NCBI RefSeq assembly: GCF_001194135.2
Contig: NC_068990.1
Location: forward strand, 13,947,354 to 14,011,353
Length of the DNA stretch: 64,000 bases
Origin: Octopus bimaculoides
Lineage: Eukaryota
Direction: 5' to 3'
In this document: positions 26,901-40,061 of the stretch, piece after piece
Layout: every line of letters starts with the position of its first letter
Numbering within the stretch: the first letter of the stretch is position 1
Notes under the pieces: model-generated
The model's database searches: none
What the model saw: only the letters and a program-made list of their open reading frames with translations
What the model was told of the DNA's origin: nothing
Translations under genes and position numbers: made by a program

Positions 26901-27823
26901 CTTCTTCATATGATTTTCACCTACACCTGCCCTCTAAATCTTTCATCCTGCCTCAACCTAATAATATTCAGTGTGAACGTCTCTTTCAGTTTTTGTTTTT
27001 TACATGTTTCAGTTCTTCGCTCGTTATAGATTTGCTCATTATAGTGTAATCTTCAATTGCCCTTGGACGTTAGGTGTGACTCGGCAAGTAACTGCAGCAA
27101 ACATGCAGATTAAAAGAAAATATCAAGAACAACACCAACAACAACAATAATAATAATAATAATAATAACAATAATAATGACGATGATGATGATGATTTCT
27201 TTATTGGCCACAAAGGGTTTACATCAAGAAAGACTTTAATAGATGGCACATGACAAAATATTGGATGTGTGTTGTTGTTGCTGTTGTTGTGAGAGTTTTG
27301 CGATCTTATGAATTAACATGCTATTACACTTTTGCTGTGGTCTGGTTAAAGCACTAAAACCATCTGACGTTACCTAACATCGGCAGAACAATTAACAAGG
27401 ACCGAACGTTGAGCTATGCGGAAGTTAATTGTTAGATTAAGAGCTTAACGGTCCCGAGATTAAATCAAATTACACCAGGAAAAAGAATCTACTATAATAA
27501 AATTTACACTTAATTTAGACAAACAAACAGAAAGATTAATTGTATTTTCTTTCATTCAAGCCTTCTTAAAACATACATAAACAATGTGGGTGGGGCTAGT
27601 TAATTAATTGCATGCATTAGCATAAAGTTTGGCTGAGTATAAAATTACTGAAAATGAAGCGATGGAAAATTTCTGACATGTTGTTTATCAAGTAATAGAA
27701 AAAAAATCTTGATTCCTTTTAACCTGCTATTATTGGCTGTTAAGATGTAGACAAAATGTCTGTTAGTTTAATAATTATCTGACAAGTTAAATATCAAGTT
27801 TTAAAAGAATGTGACTGTGTGTG

Positions 27824-27860
<37 letters not shown>

Positions 27861-28736
27861 GTGTGTGGCTAACGGTTGTAGGATGGAAAACAGAGAAAGA
27901 AAAAGGCGGGAAAAGTTCTGAAAGTTTAAAATGTTAAAAAGAAATGGGTTAGTAAACATTTCTTGGGAGAACGAATAAAATGTATAGAATACATGGTATG
28001 AATAAACCGAAACACACCACCACCACCACTGCCGCTGCCACCTGACACACTGGTTAAAGAGGAATTTCCTTTGCGGTTACTCACACTGTTAGATATAGAA
28101 CCCAGATATTCCTCAAATCTACCCTACAGCCTCAAAAAAGAAACGATATATGGATAATGTAGCTCCAGACACTAGTAAGCTCAAATATAGTTTGGATTGT
28201 CATTGATTGAACATTTTTGATCATAGATTAGCTTAACTAGGTTTGGCCCTGGTTTCGTCTGGGTTTAAAAATCACCAACACCTATTTGGTTACGTGACTT
28301 GCTAAAAAAAAAAAAAAACAGCTAAATTTACCTGATATCACAAAAGGCATTTTCTCCGACGCTCAACTAATCTACTGCTCTCTATGCAGTTTAAAATAAT
28401 ATTAATTCATTAAACACAGTTTCTCACTTAGTTACAATGTACAAGGAAAGGAAACGGGATTTTGTGATGTGTTTCTGAAGATCGAGGATGAAGTAAATTA
28501 GCACAAATTGAGCACAGAAATTAATTGGGTCATAGATTATTATAATATATTGGGTTTGTCTTGAATTAGTATAATGAAACTATAGGAAGTTGTAACAAGC
28601 ATGACGTATTCAAAGCTTTTAAAGATTTCGTATATTGACTAGTCAGTAAAGAAAAGTCTTGTAGTCTGCAAATTGGTATATTTGCAGATTCTAAGAGTAA
28701 TAATCAAACAAAAGACCAATCTGTCTCTCTGTATGC

Positions 28737-28799
<63 letters not shown>

Positions 28800-28888
28800 T
28801 ATATATGCATGTATGTATGTATGTATGTATGTATGTATGTATGTATAGGTGATGTGTGTATATGTGTATATAATTGTGTTGTGTGCGT

Positions 28889-28931
<43 letters not shown>

Positions 28932-29398
28932 GTGTGAGCTAATAAACAGAAACCTTTTAGTTCCTAAATTTCAGCCAAATAGTTTAAAGGAGTCGCTTGA
29001 AATGGCCGTAAGGAACTGACACCTGTACCTATTTGTTACTCATTTATACTTTATTCACCTATATGTGTGTGTATGTATGTATGTATGTATGTATGCATGA
29101 ACTATTATAGTTCATAAATTTGACAGGAAAAGGGAGACTGATTCGCTGGTTTAAAGGAAACACACTTAGTTGCTTTAACAAAGGGATGTGGGTTTGACTC
29201 CCGCGTGGATTGGAAAACCTTCTTTTTCTGTCGAGGGCTTAATTGCCCCTTTATTAGACTATTGTCCTTATTCATTGCACGGAGATCTCCATAAGCTTTA
29301 AGCTTATATATAATACTATTATTATTATTGACAGGATTGCAAAAACAGCGCCGTATAAAGAAAACACTTGCACACACACGCGCGCACATACACACGTG

Positions 29399-29462
<64 letters not shown>

Positions 29463-29479
29463 CGTGTGTATGTGCGCGT

Positions 29480-30295
29480 CTGTTGTACCTGTATTTCAAA
29501 GGACCAGCTTTGTCACACTCCGTGTCACGCTGAATCTCCCCGAGAACTACGCGTATACGTGTCTGTGGCGTGGTTAGCCACTTGCACGTTAATTTCACGA
29601 GCAGGCTTTTACGGCGACGAAGGTTCCAGTTAATCCGATCAACGGAAAAGCCTGNNNNNNNNNNNNNNNNNNNNNNNNNNNNNNNNNNNNNNNNNNNNNN
29701 NNNNNNNNNNNNNNNNNNNNNNNNNNNNNNNNNNNNNNNNNNNNNNNNNNNNNNNNNNNNNNNNNNNNNNNNNNNNNNNNNNNNNNNNNNNNNNNNNNNN
29801 NNNNNNNNNNNNNNNNNNNNNNNNNNNNNNNNNNNNNNNNNNNNNNNNNNNNNNNNNNNNNNNNNNNNNNNNNNNNNNNNNNNNNNNNNNNNNNNNNNNN
29901 NNNNNNNNNNNNNNNNNNNNNNNNGGAGCATTAAGTGTTTTCGCTCAATAAACACTCACAACGCCCGGTCTGGGAATCAAAACCACGAGTCCGCTGCCTT
30001 AACCACTGGGCCATTGCGCCTCCACTAGAAACACTCCGTCGGTTACGACGACGAGGGTCCCGGCTGATATGATCAGGGGAACAGCTTGCTCGTGAAATTA
30101 ATTCGCAAGTAGCTGAGCAATCTACAGGCAGTAGTTCTCAGGGAGATTGAGCGTGAAGTACAGGTTCTACTCATTTTTGCCAGCTGAGTGGATTGGAGCA
30201 ACGTGAAATAAAGTGTCTTGCGCCGGGAATTGAACTCACGACCTTACAATCAATCGTGAGTCGAATGCCGTAACCACTAAGCCACGCGCCTTCAC
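29480..30295. mobile_element. Cluster of tRNA-derived SINE family C copies
   Basis: Shared tail (CACTTGCACGTTAATTTCACGAGCAGGC, GATCCGATCAACGGAA) in both orientations; reverse tRNA-like heads at about 29930-30025 and 30200-30295. Confidence 0.85.
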
Positions 30296-30625
30296 TATAT
30301 ATATAGTTGGAATTTACAAAAAACAAAAGACGAAGACATGTGTGTAAACAATTAACAGGTATATTAGTTTAACGATCGGGAAGATGAGAAAGTCTTTTAC
30401 GTTTCGAACCTATGCTCTTCGACAGAAAGGGATACGAGAAAATAAAGAGGGAATAAAAAAAGAAAGCGTTAGTAGCTAGCGGTCAATCATGGCGATAGCC
30501 GGACATAGGTGGTCAGACAAGAGAGCTAGGAAGAAGGGGATATAATAAAGTAGTGGTGATCCCAAAATGAAAGTGCGCGTGCTTATGAATGTAAGAGCGT
30601 GTGTGTGTGTGCGTGTGAATAGGGG
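30296..30625 (-). mobile_element. Penelope-like element pseudo-LTR fragment
   Basis: CTGTCGAAGAGC...TTCGAAACGTA motif, then ...GATCGTTAAACTAAT...GTCTTCGTCTTTTGTTTTTTGTAAATTCCAACTATATA. Confidence 0.6.
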
Positions 30626-30701
30626 CTGATATGTATATATATATATATATATTTATTTATTTATGTGTTTCAGCCAAGTGGCTGCGGTCATGCTGGTGCA
30701 C

Positions 30702-30736
<35 letters not shown>

Positions 30737-31744
30737 ATATACATATAAATTTCACCAAATCCAGTCAAGAGAGGTTTTACTAAATTGTTGACAGAAAATT
30801 TTTAAAAAAATAGAAACAATAAATGAACTAAANNNNNNNNNNNNNNNNNNNNNNNNNNNNNNNNNNNNNNNNNNNNNNNNNNNNNNNNNNNNNNNNNNNN
30901 NNNNNNNNNNNNNNNNNNNNNNNNNNNNNNNNNNNNNNNNNNNNNNNNNNNNNNNNNNNNNNNNNNNNNNNNNNNNNNNNNNNNNNNNNNNNNNNNNNNN
31001 NNNNNNNNNNNNNNNNNNNNNNNNNNNNNNNNNNNNNNNNNNNNNNNNNNNNNNNNNNNNNNNNNNNNNNNNNNNNNNNNNNNNNNNNNNNNNNNNNNNN
31101 NNNNNNNNNNNNNNNNNNNNNNNNNNNNNNNNNNNNNNNNNNNNNNNNNNNNNNNNNNNNNNNNNNNNNNNNNNNNNNNNNNNNNNNNNNNNNNNNNNNN
31201 NNNNNNNNNNNNNNNNNNNNNNNNNNNNNNNNNNNNNNNNNNNNNNNNNNNNNNNNNNNNNNNNNNNNNNNNNNNNNNNNNNNNNNNNNNNNNNNNNNNN
31301 NNNNNNNNNNNNNNNNNNNNNNNNNNNNNNNNNNNNNNNNNNNNNNNNNNNNNNNNNNNNNNNNNNNNNNNNNNNNNNNNNNNNNNNNNNNNNNNNNNNN
31401 NNNNNNNNNNNNNNNNNNNNNNNNNNNNNNNNNNNNNNNNNNNNNNNNNNNNNNNNNNNNNNNNNNNNNNNNNNNNNNNNNNNNNNNNNNNNNNNNNNNN
31501 NNNNNNNNNNNNNNNNNNNNNNNNNNNNNNNNNNNNNNNNNNNNNNNNNNNNNNNNNNNNNNNNNNNNNNNNNNNNNNNNNNNNNNNNNNNNNNNNNNNN
31601 NNNNNNNNNNNNNNNNNNNNNNNNNNNNNNNNNNNNNNNNNNNNNNNNNNNNNNNAAACCTGTGAAGAGGGACGCGTTTTTCGAAATTCTTGTCGCTTTT
31701 TTTTCTTTACTTCTATCATGTTTTGTTTTTCTTTAAGACAGCGT

Positions 31745-31950
31745 GTTAGCAGAACCGCTAGTAAGTCGGACTAAATGCTTAACGGTTTTTCCTCCGGCTC
31801 TTCAAGTTCTAGTTTTAAATTTAACTGAGGTCAACTTTTACCTTTCAGGGTTGATAGAATAAGTACTTAGTTGAGCCCTGGAATCGTTATAATCTATTAG
31901 CCCCTTCCTCTAAAATTTCAGGCGTTGTACCAAGAGAAGAAAGAATTATT
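31745..31950 (+). mobile_element. SINE family B, diverged
   Basis: Family B head, body and tail motifs. Confidence 0.75.
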
Positions 31951-32589
31951 ATTATTAATATGGCGGCGACGTAGCTTCATCGTTGGTATGCCAGACCTTT
32001 TCAAGCGGCTCCATTTAATTGAACAATGCAATCATTACGTCAATTCAAATGCAATGCCATCTTCAGCTGCACAAATAAATAAATGGAATTTTAACAAGTA
32101 GGACACATTAATATAATTTTTCTCAAATATTTTAACAGAGCAAGAAGATAGAAATTCATGTTGTTGCTATTGTAGCTAAGAATAGACTACAACGTCTAAG
32201 AATTGTATGGAGCATAGTGGGGTCATAGGTTGTAAGGGATTGTAATTCATTTCTAATTTATTTATCTCTTTATCAAATACTAAATTTAAGACTAGAAGTC
32301 TGTGTCTATTTTGAATAAAGGACACGAGTGAGTTGACAGCTCATGGTTAGCTATGTTCATAAATATTATCATATGTATCTCTTTCCCCCAGGGAGGAAAT
32401 AAGACATTAGGAGTAGTCAGTTGGATATAAGTAAATGTCTATAAAAAGAGGCAGGATAGGGGTAGACTTTAAATCATGATATAAATTACCAGTTAAAGGT
32501 GCAAGACGCTAAAAATCCTAAGATGCCACCCCTAATGGGACACAGTCAATTTTCTTCATTTAAAATGGTTTGAGATGGGACAAATCAGG

Positions 32590-33569
32590 GTTACAGCGTG
32601 AGGAGTAGGATGGAAAAAAGAAAGAGTACACTTGGCCAGAAGCGACTATCTTTTATAACAAATATATGGGTGGAGTAGATCGCTCTGATCAAATGGTAAC
32701 ACTGTATGAATTGGATAAAAAAAGTAGAAAATGGTGGACAAAAGTGTTCTTCAGGCTTCTGATGACAGCTACTTATAACAACTATGTTATTCACTCTGAA
32801 ATTCATCATATGAGACCACCATTTATAAATTTCTTAGTAAATGTAGCTGAACGTTTGATCGAGGCAGGAAGGTCGAATTGTCTACAAAGGAGAATGAGAT
32901 CTTTCAGGCGGCCTTTTAAGACTTCAAAGTTGATTTCGAGTGTAGGTGATCATATGCCAGTAAAACAAGAGTCGCAGAAGATGTACTTCGAGGAACAAAA
33001 ATAGGAGGACCCAATACATTTGCCAGAAATGCAACATTCCTTTATGCATTGGTGAATGTTTTACAGTATATCACACATAGCATGTATTTATAAATCATGG
33101 TTGTTCTCGTAAATATTGAGAAAAGAAATATATTCATTAGTTAGTATGATATAAGAGAAAAAAACTATATAATTACATAATAATTATATGAGGAAAGAAG
33201 TTTATTTATCATTTCATAAGTATTATATGGAAGGGGTCGTTATATATATTATTTTATAAGTGTTATTTGAAAAAATTATTGTAATTTATAATAGATATTA
33301 TATGAGAAAGCAATTAGACCTTCATTTTGCGTTTGAAAAAAAACTAAGATTTATTTCATTTCCGTAATTTTCAGAACTTGTTCAACATGCATGTAAAATA
33401 CTGTTGAGAGAGGATAGTCCCAAGTAAAACTAGTGGGACATTTTTGTCCCACGTTCTAAAATCATATGTAGCGATAAAATAAAAGTTTAGATTTTAATTA
33501 CGGTAGATAATGAAGGTCTAAAGAAGCGGAAAATGTGGGGGGGGACTGATTGTGCAAAAGTCGGAAGGG
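32590..33569 (+). mobile_element. piggyBac transposon, 3' remnant (PGBD4-like transposase fragment plus right end)
   Basis: DGKKKEYTWPEATIFYNKYMGGVDRSDQMVTLYELDKKSRKWWTKVFFRLL... then frameshifted RRTQYICQKCNIPLCIGECFTVYHT* (Cys-rich tail, stop 33078-33080). Subterminal palindrome GTGGGACA-tttt-TGTCCCAC; ends ...GGAAGGG|TTAA at 33569-33573. Confidence 0.9.
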
Positions 33570-33821
33570 TTAAACAAGACTCAATTGAGGCTAATGAACA
33601 ATGCATCATCCTCATCATCAGTTTAATATTCAATTCTCCATTTATTTATACAGAAGGATGCTGTTCTTGTAGCCAACTGTTTCCAAACAAGGTAATATTT
33701 TCTCATCGCTGGGGAGGTTTCCATGAAAGACTAAGAACATGGGACACTGCTTGTGTAATGAGGATGTTCGTTTATAACTATCACATAATGTCAACACAAG
33801 ACACACACAACATATTTAATG

Positions 33822-34130
33822 AAGGAGCATGGCCCAGTGGTTAGGGTTGGCACTCACGATTGCGAGATCGTGATTTCGATTCTGAGTCCGGACAGTGCGC
33901 TGTGCTCTTGAGCAAAACACTTCATTTCACATTGCTCAGCGATCATTTTGACCTCCGACGTGTGGCGCACTTCTGCACCTGTACAGGTAATGGCACTTTG
34001 ATGGAGTGAGTAAGCAAATGTGCAGCAGAAACATATGATCATTATAAACAAATCATCTGTGGTTGTTCAACAAGAAATTGCAAAGCCTTCATCTGTTGTT
34101 TAATGACGGGAGAGTCCATTATACACATAA
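33822..34130 (+). mobile_element. tRNA-derived SINE
   Basis: GGCCCAGTGGTTAGGG A-box, GATTTCGATTC B-box, CTTGAGCAAAACACTT core. Confidence 0.75.
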
Positions 34131-35053
34131 TTTATCGAACGCAGCTCTACATCGTTAACCAGCTAAAGATGTTCTCTTGGGGTTAAAAAAAAATCGCAGC
34201 AGATTCCCTTCGAACGAGCAGCCATGTTGAAGTGGCTACGAATATTACTTGTCAGTACAACTGCTGCGTTGATCTCTTAGATTTTAGAACTAGCATATTT
34301 GCTTGTTGCAAAATCAGCGATTAGTTGTTCGCTTGAAATATATACAGTACTTGTGTATATAAGATTGACCAGTGACCGGTCTGTCAAAATGCTAGAAGCT
34401 CACTTAAAAATTCTCAAATACGGATTCAGCGGAGCAAAAACAGGCGGGCTAGACCAGTGAAAATTGTACATACCTCGATTTTGAAACTATAGTCTGCAGA
34501 TAATCAATACTTCCAAATTAAAGTATCTATTTATCTTCAGTACAGATTGCAGATATTCTTACAATTGAACAGAATCTCGTGCTAGTTGTCTTCAACTAGT
34601 GAAAACGTGCACGTGATTCTATCCATTAAATTGATATTAATATATTTATATATATATATATATTGCGAGCTACTGCCATCTCTAGCAAACTCGATTTTTG
34701 TTGTTTTTTTGAAGAATATTAAGCGGAATTTCTTTGTGCGAAGCCACCATCGTTGGGTGGAGGTGAATAATGGAAGGAAGGAAGAAGTTACGCGGAAGCT
34801 ACTGGAGGTCGAGATGCCATAGACCCACGTGTGCTGAAGCTGAAGAGGATGAAGTGGAATGAGGAGAGGATAGCAGTAGAACTCTGATGGTGGTTTCAGA
34901 GCAACAAAATAGTGAAGGTTGGACTATCATTGGGTGGTTCAATTCCTTGAGAGAGAAGAGGGAGTGAACCTTAGTGAATTTGGTACCCTAAACAAGGGTG
35001 GTTCAACTCTGGTACCAGTAATTTGATAGGAACCAAACTGAACTGAAATTTAT

Positions 35054-35390
35054 AGGTGCAGGTGTGGCTATGTGGCAAGAGGTTTGCTTCCCAATAACAT
35101 GGTTTTCGGTTAAGTCCCACTGTGTGGCACCTTGGGCAAATGTCCTCTACTATAGCCATGGGCCGACCATAGCCTCGTAAGTAGATTTAGTAAAGAGAAA
35201 CTGAAAGAAGCTCCTCATATATATATATATATATGTTTGTGTGTATGTGTGTTTGCCTTCCACCACTGTTCGATAAACCAGTGTTGGTCTGTCCCTGCGG
35301 CTTAATGGTTCAGCAAGAGACCAGTAACTTAGACTAAACTCTTCAAGATGGTGCCCTAGCAGCCCAATGACTGAAACAAGTATAAAATAA
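35054..35390 (+). mobile_element. SINE family A
   Basis: Head and body, deleted tail. Confidence 0.85.
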
Positions 35391-35499
35391 AGATACCCTT
35401 AACCTACAAATCTGTGGCCTTGAGAGAGAAAGAGAGAGAGAGGCACACACACACATGTACACAACAACACTACAAATGTATTCATATATGTTGTTGTTG

Positions 35500-36176
35500 T
35501 TGGCACTCCGTCGCTTACGACGTCGAGGGTTCCAGTTGATCCGATCAACGGAACAGCCTGCTCGTGAAATTAACGTGCAGGTGGCTGAGCACTCCACAGA
35601 CACGTGTACCCTTAACGTAGTTCTTGGGGATATTCAGCATGACACAGTGTGACAAGGCTGACCCTTTGAATTACAAGAACAACAGAAACAGGAAGTAAGA
35701 GTGAGAGAAAGTTTTGGTGGAAGAGTACAGCAGGGTTCGCCACCATCCCCTGCCAGAGCCTCGTGGAACTTTTAGGTGTTTTCGCTCAATAAACACTCAC
35801 AACGCCCGGTCTGGGAATTGAANNNNNNNNNNTTGATCCGATCAACGGAACAGCCTGCTCGTGAAATTAACGTGCAGGTGGCTGAGCACTCCACAGACAC
35901 GTGTACCCTTAACGTAGTTCTTGGGGATATTCAGCATGACACAGTGTGACAAGGCTGACCCTTTGAATTACAAGAACAACAGAAACAGGAAGTAAGAGTG
36001 AGAGAAAGTTTTGGTGGAAGAGTACAGCAGGGTTCGCCACCATCCCCTGCCAGAGCCTCGTGGAACTTTTAGGTGTTTTCGCTCAATAAACACTCACAAC
36101 GCCCGGTCTGGGAATTGAAACCGCGATCCTATGACTGCGAGTCCGCTACCCTAACCACTGGGCCATTGCACCTTCA
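35500..36176 (-). mobile_element. SINE family C (287 nt duplicated across a 10-N gap)
   Basis: GGCACTCCGTCG...CTAACCACTGGGCCATTGCACCTTCAC reverse copy. Confidence 0.9.
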
Positions 36177-36698
36177 CTGTATTCATATATATACATATAT
36201 GAAACTGATATACAGAAGATAAATGAGACCTATTTATACACACACACATTTATACATACACACAGTGATTGGCAGTAATGAATATGAGGGTGGAATGGTT
36301 GAAGTTAATATGGTTATTTACAAAACAACAATTGGAATAATTTATACAGCTTTTCTGTATACACACATCCACCCACACATTCACATGCAATAAAAAAAAT
36401 TAAGAAAAACTAAATCCACATATTCTGACAGGTATTCACATATTTTTGATATAAGGAAAAACAAAACATGGAGTAGACTGAACCTATCTCCTATACCATT
36501 CCAGCATTCTTTGAATTCCGATTCAATGCTGTAGAGTACTGCCAGGAATTCTAAACAGAACACTTGTTAACAAATTAAAATCATGTCTGTTATTCGGTCT
36601 TTAATTATGATTTGTTTGTGGTTGTTTTTCCTTCCATTTTTTTTATAAGTATATTTTTTAATGTACATTTTGCAAAAAAACACCAAATTGAATATCTG

Positions 36699-36750
<52 letters not shown>

Positions 36751-37049
36751 AAATCCCAAGATAAAATAATTAGTTTACTACTTACTACTACAAAACAGAT
36801 GCCAAAGTGATGTAACCTTCCCCAACACCATCCCTGATTCCACTCACTCCAACACACATGCATCAAACAAAAAACAAAAAGAAAACAAAATTCAATGTTT
36901 TTGATAAATTTTCAGTTATTTTTTTTTTATATAATCTTTATTGGATTTTATGCAAAAATGCACACGTGTGTAAATAAACACCAAATATGGTCATATAAAC
37001 ACATAAGTATATACAAATAAACATATACAGTAATACTTCACTTTATAAA

Positions 37050-37258
37050 AGCTGGCAGAAACGTTAGCACAGCAGGCAAAATGCTTAGCAGTATTTCGTC
37101 TGTCTTTACGTTCTGAGTTCAAATTCCGCCAAGGTCGATTTTGCCTTTCATCCTTTCGGGGGTCAATAAATTAAGTACCAGTTACGTACTGGGGTCGATC
37201 TAATCGACTGGCACCCTCCCACAAAATTTTGGGCCTTGTGCCTAGAGTAGAAAAGAAT
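37050..37258 (+). mobile_element. SINE family B nested in the Tigger element
   Basis: Near-consensus copy. Confidence 0.9.
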
Positions 37259-38294
37259 ACTCTACTTTCTGAGGACCCGCGTTACAAGACCCCAGGTTTA
37301 CAAGTTTTATTTTATAATAAATATTAAAAGGTTAAACAGCCTTTTTGTGTCTGTAGCAACACTGATTCTGATGCGTCTACACAGCAGAATATAGCATTGG
37401 AGTAAAATGTTGGCATAAAAGTTTCAATGTTTTACTTTGTGTGTGTTCTTTGTTGAGAGAGATTATTATAAGCTAATTCTTCATGTCACATATTTCATAT
37501 TGTATACAAGTATTTTCCACTTGATAAACTAGCATTGGTTTTAATTTTAATTCCCCAGATGCAATTCCTCCAAATAATAATGTCAGTTGATATTTTGCAA
37601 CTTTAAAAACATGGCAGTACATATTCTCCATTAGCAATATTTCCAGAAAAGTCTTGTTTCATCATCATTAAAAATCAGTTGTTGCATGTAGACCCACATT
37701 TCAATTATTTCTGCCAATGTTTCTGGAAATTTTTTTGCTGCATTGACATAAGCACTTGACACTTCTCCTTGTACTTTGACAGAATGCCACCCATGTTGAT
37801 TTTTAAATCAATCAAACCATCCTGTGTTTGCAACAAAAGTTTCCTTTCTGTCACTTTTTGTTTCTTAAAGCAAACTGAAGAGACAATGCTTTACTACAAA
37901 TTGACCCTTGATTGACATTCATATACATGTGTTGTGTTTTGTCACTTATCCATGCATTTAGAAGTTTCTCCATTTCCAGAATAATGCCGCTGGCATCTCC
38001 TTTATAAGCCCTGGTTGATACCAAAGGCTGCACATTTCTAATCAGAGATAATTATTTAAATTTTTCTTAGAGAATTGTGCAGACAGTTGACGAGTTAAGT
38101 GAAAATTTGTCACAAATGTTTTTCACAGTTGTACTGCCATCATGCATTATTACAATTTCATACTTTGTTACCAAAGTGATGGCTTTGTGTTTGTTTTGTT
38201 TTTTTTGTTCCTGTCGGTGCCTGTTGTACACTTCTGTTTAGTCAAATTGGGTGAGTTTAAAATATGCCGAAAATAATAGTGTAAATACATGTAT

Positions 38295-38612
38295 TTTATT
38301 TATTTATGCGCCCCTTTTAAAGCCTAGCCAGGCTCATGGGCCCGGTTTCCCAAGTTTCTATGGCATATGTGTTCCCCCCAGCTGAACGGGACGCCAGTCC
38401 ATCGCAGCGTTACTCAAGAAGCAGGAAGAAAGAATGAGAGAAAGTTGGGGCGAAAGAATACAACAGGGGTTGCCACTACCCCCTGCCGGAGCCTCATGGA
38501 GCTTCAGGTGTTTTCGCTCAATATACACACACAACGCTCGGTCTGGGAATCGAAACCACGATCCTCCGACCGCGAATCCACTGCTCTAACCACTGGGCCA
38601 TTGCGCCTCCGC
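38295..38612 (-). mobile_element. tRNA-derived SINE with a 12-bp target-site duplication
   Basis: Family C-type head (reverse of GCGGAGGCGCAATGGCCCAGTGGTTAG) flanked by AAATACATGTAT at 38283-38294 and 38613-38624. Confidence 0.92.
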
Positions 38613-38730
38613 AAATACATGTATACAATATGAAATATGTGGCACGAAGAATAAGCATGTAATAATCTCTCTCAACAAAGAGCATGCACAAAGTAAAACA
38701 CTGCAGGTTTATGCCATCATTGTACTCCGA

Positions 38731-38890
38731 TCATCATCATCATCGTTTAACGTCCGCTTTCCATGCTAGCATGGGTTGGACAATTTGACTGAGGACTGGT
38801 GAAACCGGATGGCAACACCAGGCTCCAATCTAATTTGGCAGAGTTTCTACAGCTGGATGCCCTTCCTAACGCCAACCACTCAGAGAGTGT
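38731..38890 (-). mobile_element. (GAT)n-tailed SINE-like family D, 3' fragment
   Basis: CATCATCATCGTTTAACGTCCGCTTTCCATGCTAGCATGGGTTGGAC... nearly identical to the copy at 63.7 kb. Confidence 0.85.
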
Positions 38891-40025
38891 GCAAATCTAA
38901 TGCGAGTGAAAGTGATTCAGGAAATGATTATAACAAGAATACTTTTTATCATAAATGAACTTAACATTCTTTTTACATTACATAAAATATTCTTTACATT
39001 CTACTGTTGTTTTATTGCCATTTATTTACGAGTATTATAAATTTTATTGGTAAAATATTTTTCTGGGAACAAATTACGATTTATAACATTGCTACAATGG
39101 GAAATTATTGCTCTGCTTTACGAGTGGTCTCCAGGAACAAATCAACTTGTATATGAAGGCATTACTGTATTCATACACACGTCAACCAAATTGTTGGATG
39201 TTGTTATAGATTGCTAGTCACAATGCATTTCTATGTATTATTGTAGCATTTGAATGATGCCTAAGCAGGCAGACCAACATTCGCCTTGGATGGAAGACCT
39301 GTCCTTCGTAGGGCTACCCACTTAGAACTGTGTGGACTTAAATAATGTCAAAACATTTTGTCAGAGATACGCAAGCAGGTCACTAACACAGTTTAAGTCA
39401 TAGGATACCTTAGAAATGCCTGAAAAGTGAATCTGATGGTATATGTGGGTTTTAAATGGTTATCATTATTCATCATGATTTATGATTGTTATCAATCTTT
39501 CTCTGCTGTTCTTACAGTTTCACTGCTTTTGAAATTTACTTTCTTGCCTGTAAAATACCAATACATTCAGCACTTCCAAAGTCTGTTTATGAAATGTTGT
39601 CACATTTGAAAAACTGATGTAGCATTAAAATTTACAGTAATTGTTGTCAGGAGCCATTTAGTTTAATGTGTACTCAGTTTAGTGAGCCACTCAGCTGGTA
39701 TCTGAGGGGCACAGGTTCAACTCCTGCAGCTGTCTGCAGGCAAAGTTTTTATGTCTTAGCGCTTCCTGACTTGGGTAAAAGTTCTTGACTTTGGGTAAAA
39801 GAAAATGCAGGCAGATCAGTTAATTACGATTTTATTTAACTCAGATTCACACACTTATTGCAGCAGACCTTCAGTTTTTCTAAGCCCTGTTAAAGAACAC
39901 AGAAGGTTGGGACTCCATCAAGGCCTTTCGTAAGATACCCTTAAAGCCAGGAACTTTTCTGCACCCCTTCGTATATATGTATGTGTGTGTGTGTGTGTGT
40001 GTGTGCGTGTACATAGCATTTACAA

Positions 40026-40061
<36 letters not shown>

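Larger units (their letters stand above)
37028..39167 (-). mobile_element. pogo/Tigger (CENP-B-like) DNA transposon, decayed, with nested SINEs
   Basis: TA|CAGTAATACTTCAC at 37028 and GAAGGCATTACTG|TA at 39167 are matching TIRs with TA duplication. Minus strand ~38225-37508 reads ITLVTKYEIV..HDG....SSTVCTIL, EMEKLLNAWISD, FVANTGWFD*FKNQHG, IFNDDETRLFWK, LTLLFGGIASGELKLKPMLVYQVEN (HTH, CENP-B HTH, start of DDE). Confidence 0.85.

Noticed and set aside
34740-34975. Possible LINE AP-endonuclease N-terminus (..CCSETT..) on the minus strand
   Set aside because: Single weak motif only.
36567-36750. About 50-nt poly-T plus CAG acceptor on the minus strand with a 42-codon frame (IFNLVFFCKMY...)
   Set aside because: Low-complexity AT-rich peptide and a closer acceptor exists at 41843. 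A non-coding exon cannot be excluded.
39650-39760. tRNA-like A/B boxes (also near 29120 and 47890)
   Set aside because: No complete cloverleaf or acceptor stem; these look like SINE heads. No tRNA or rRNA genes were found.
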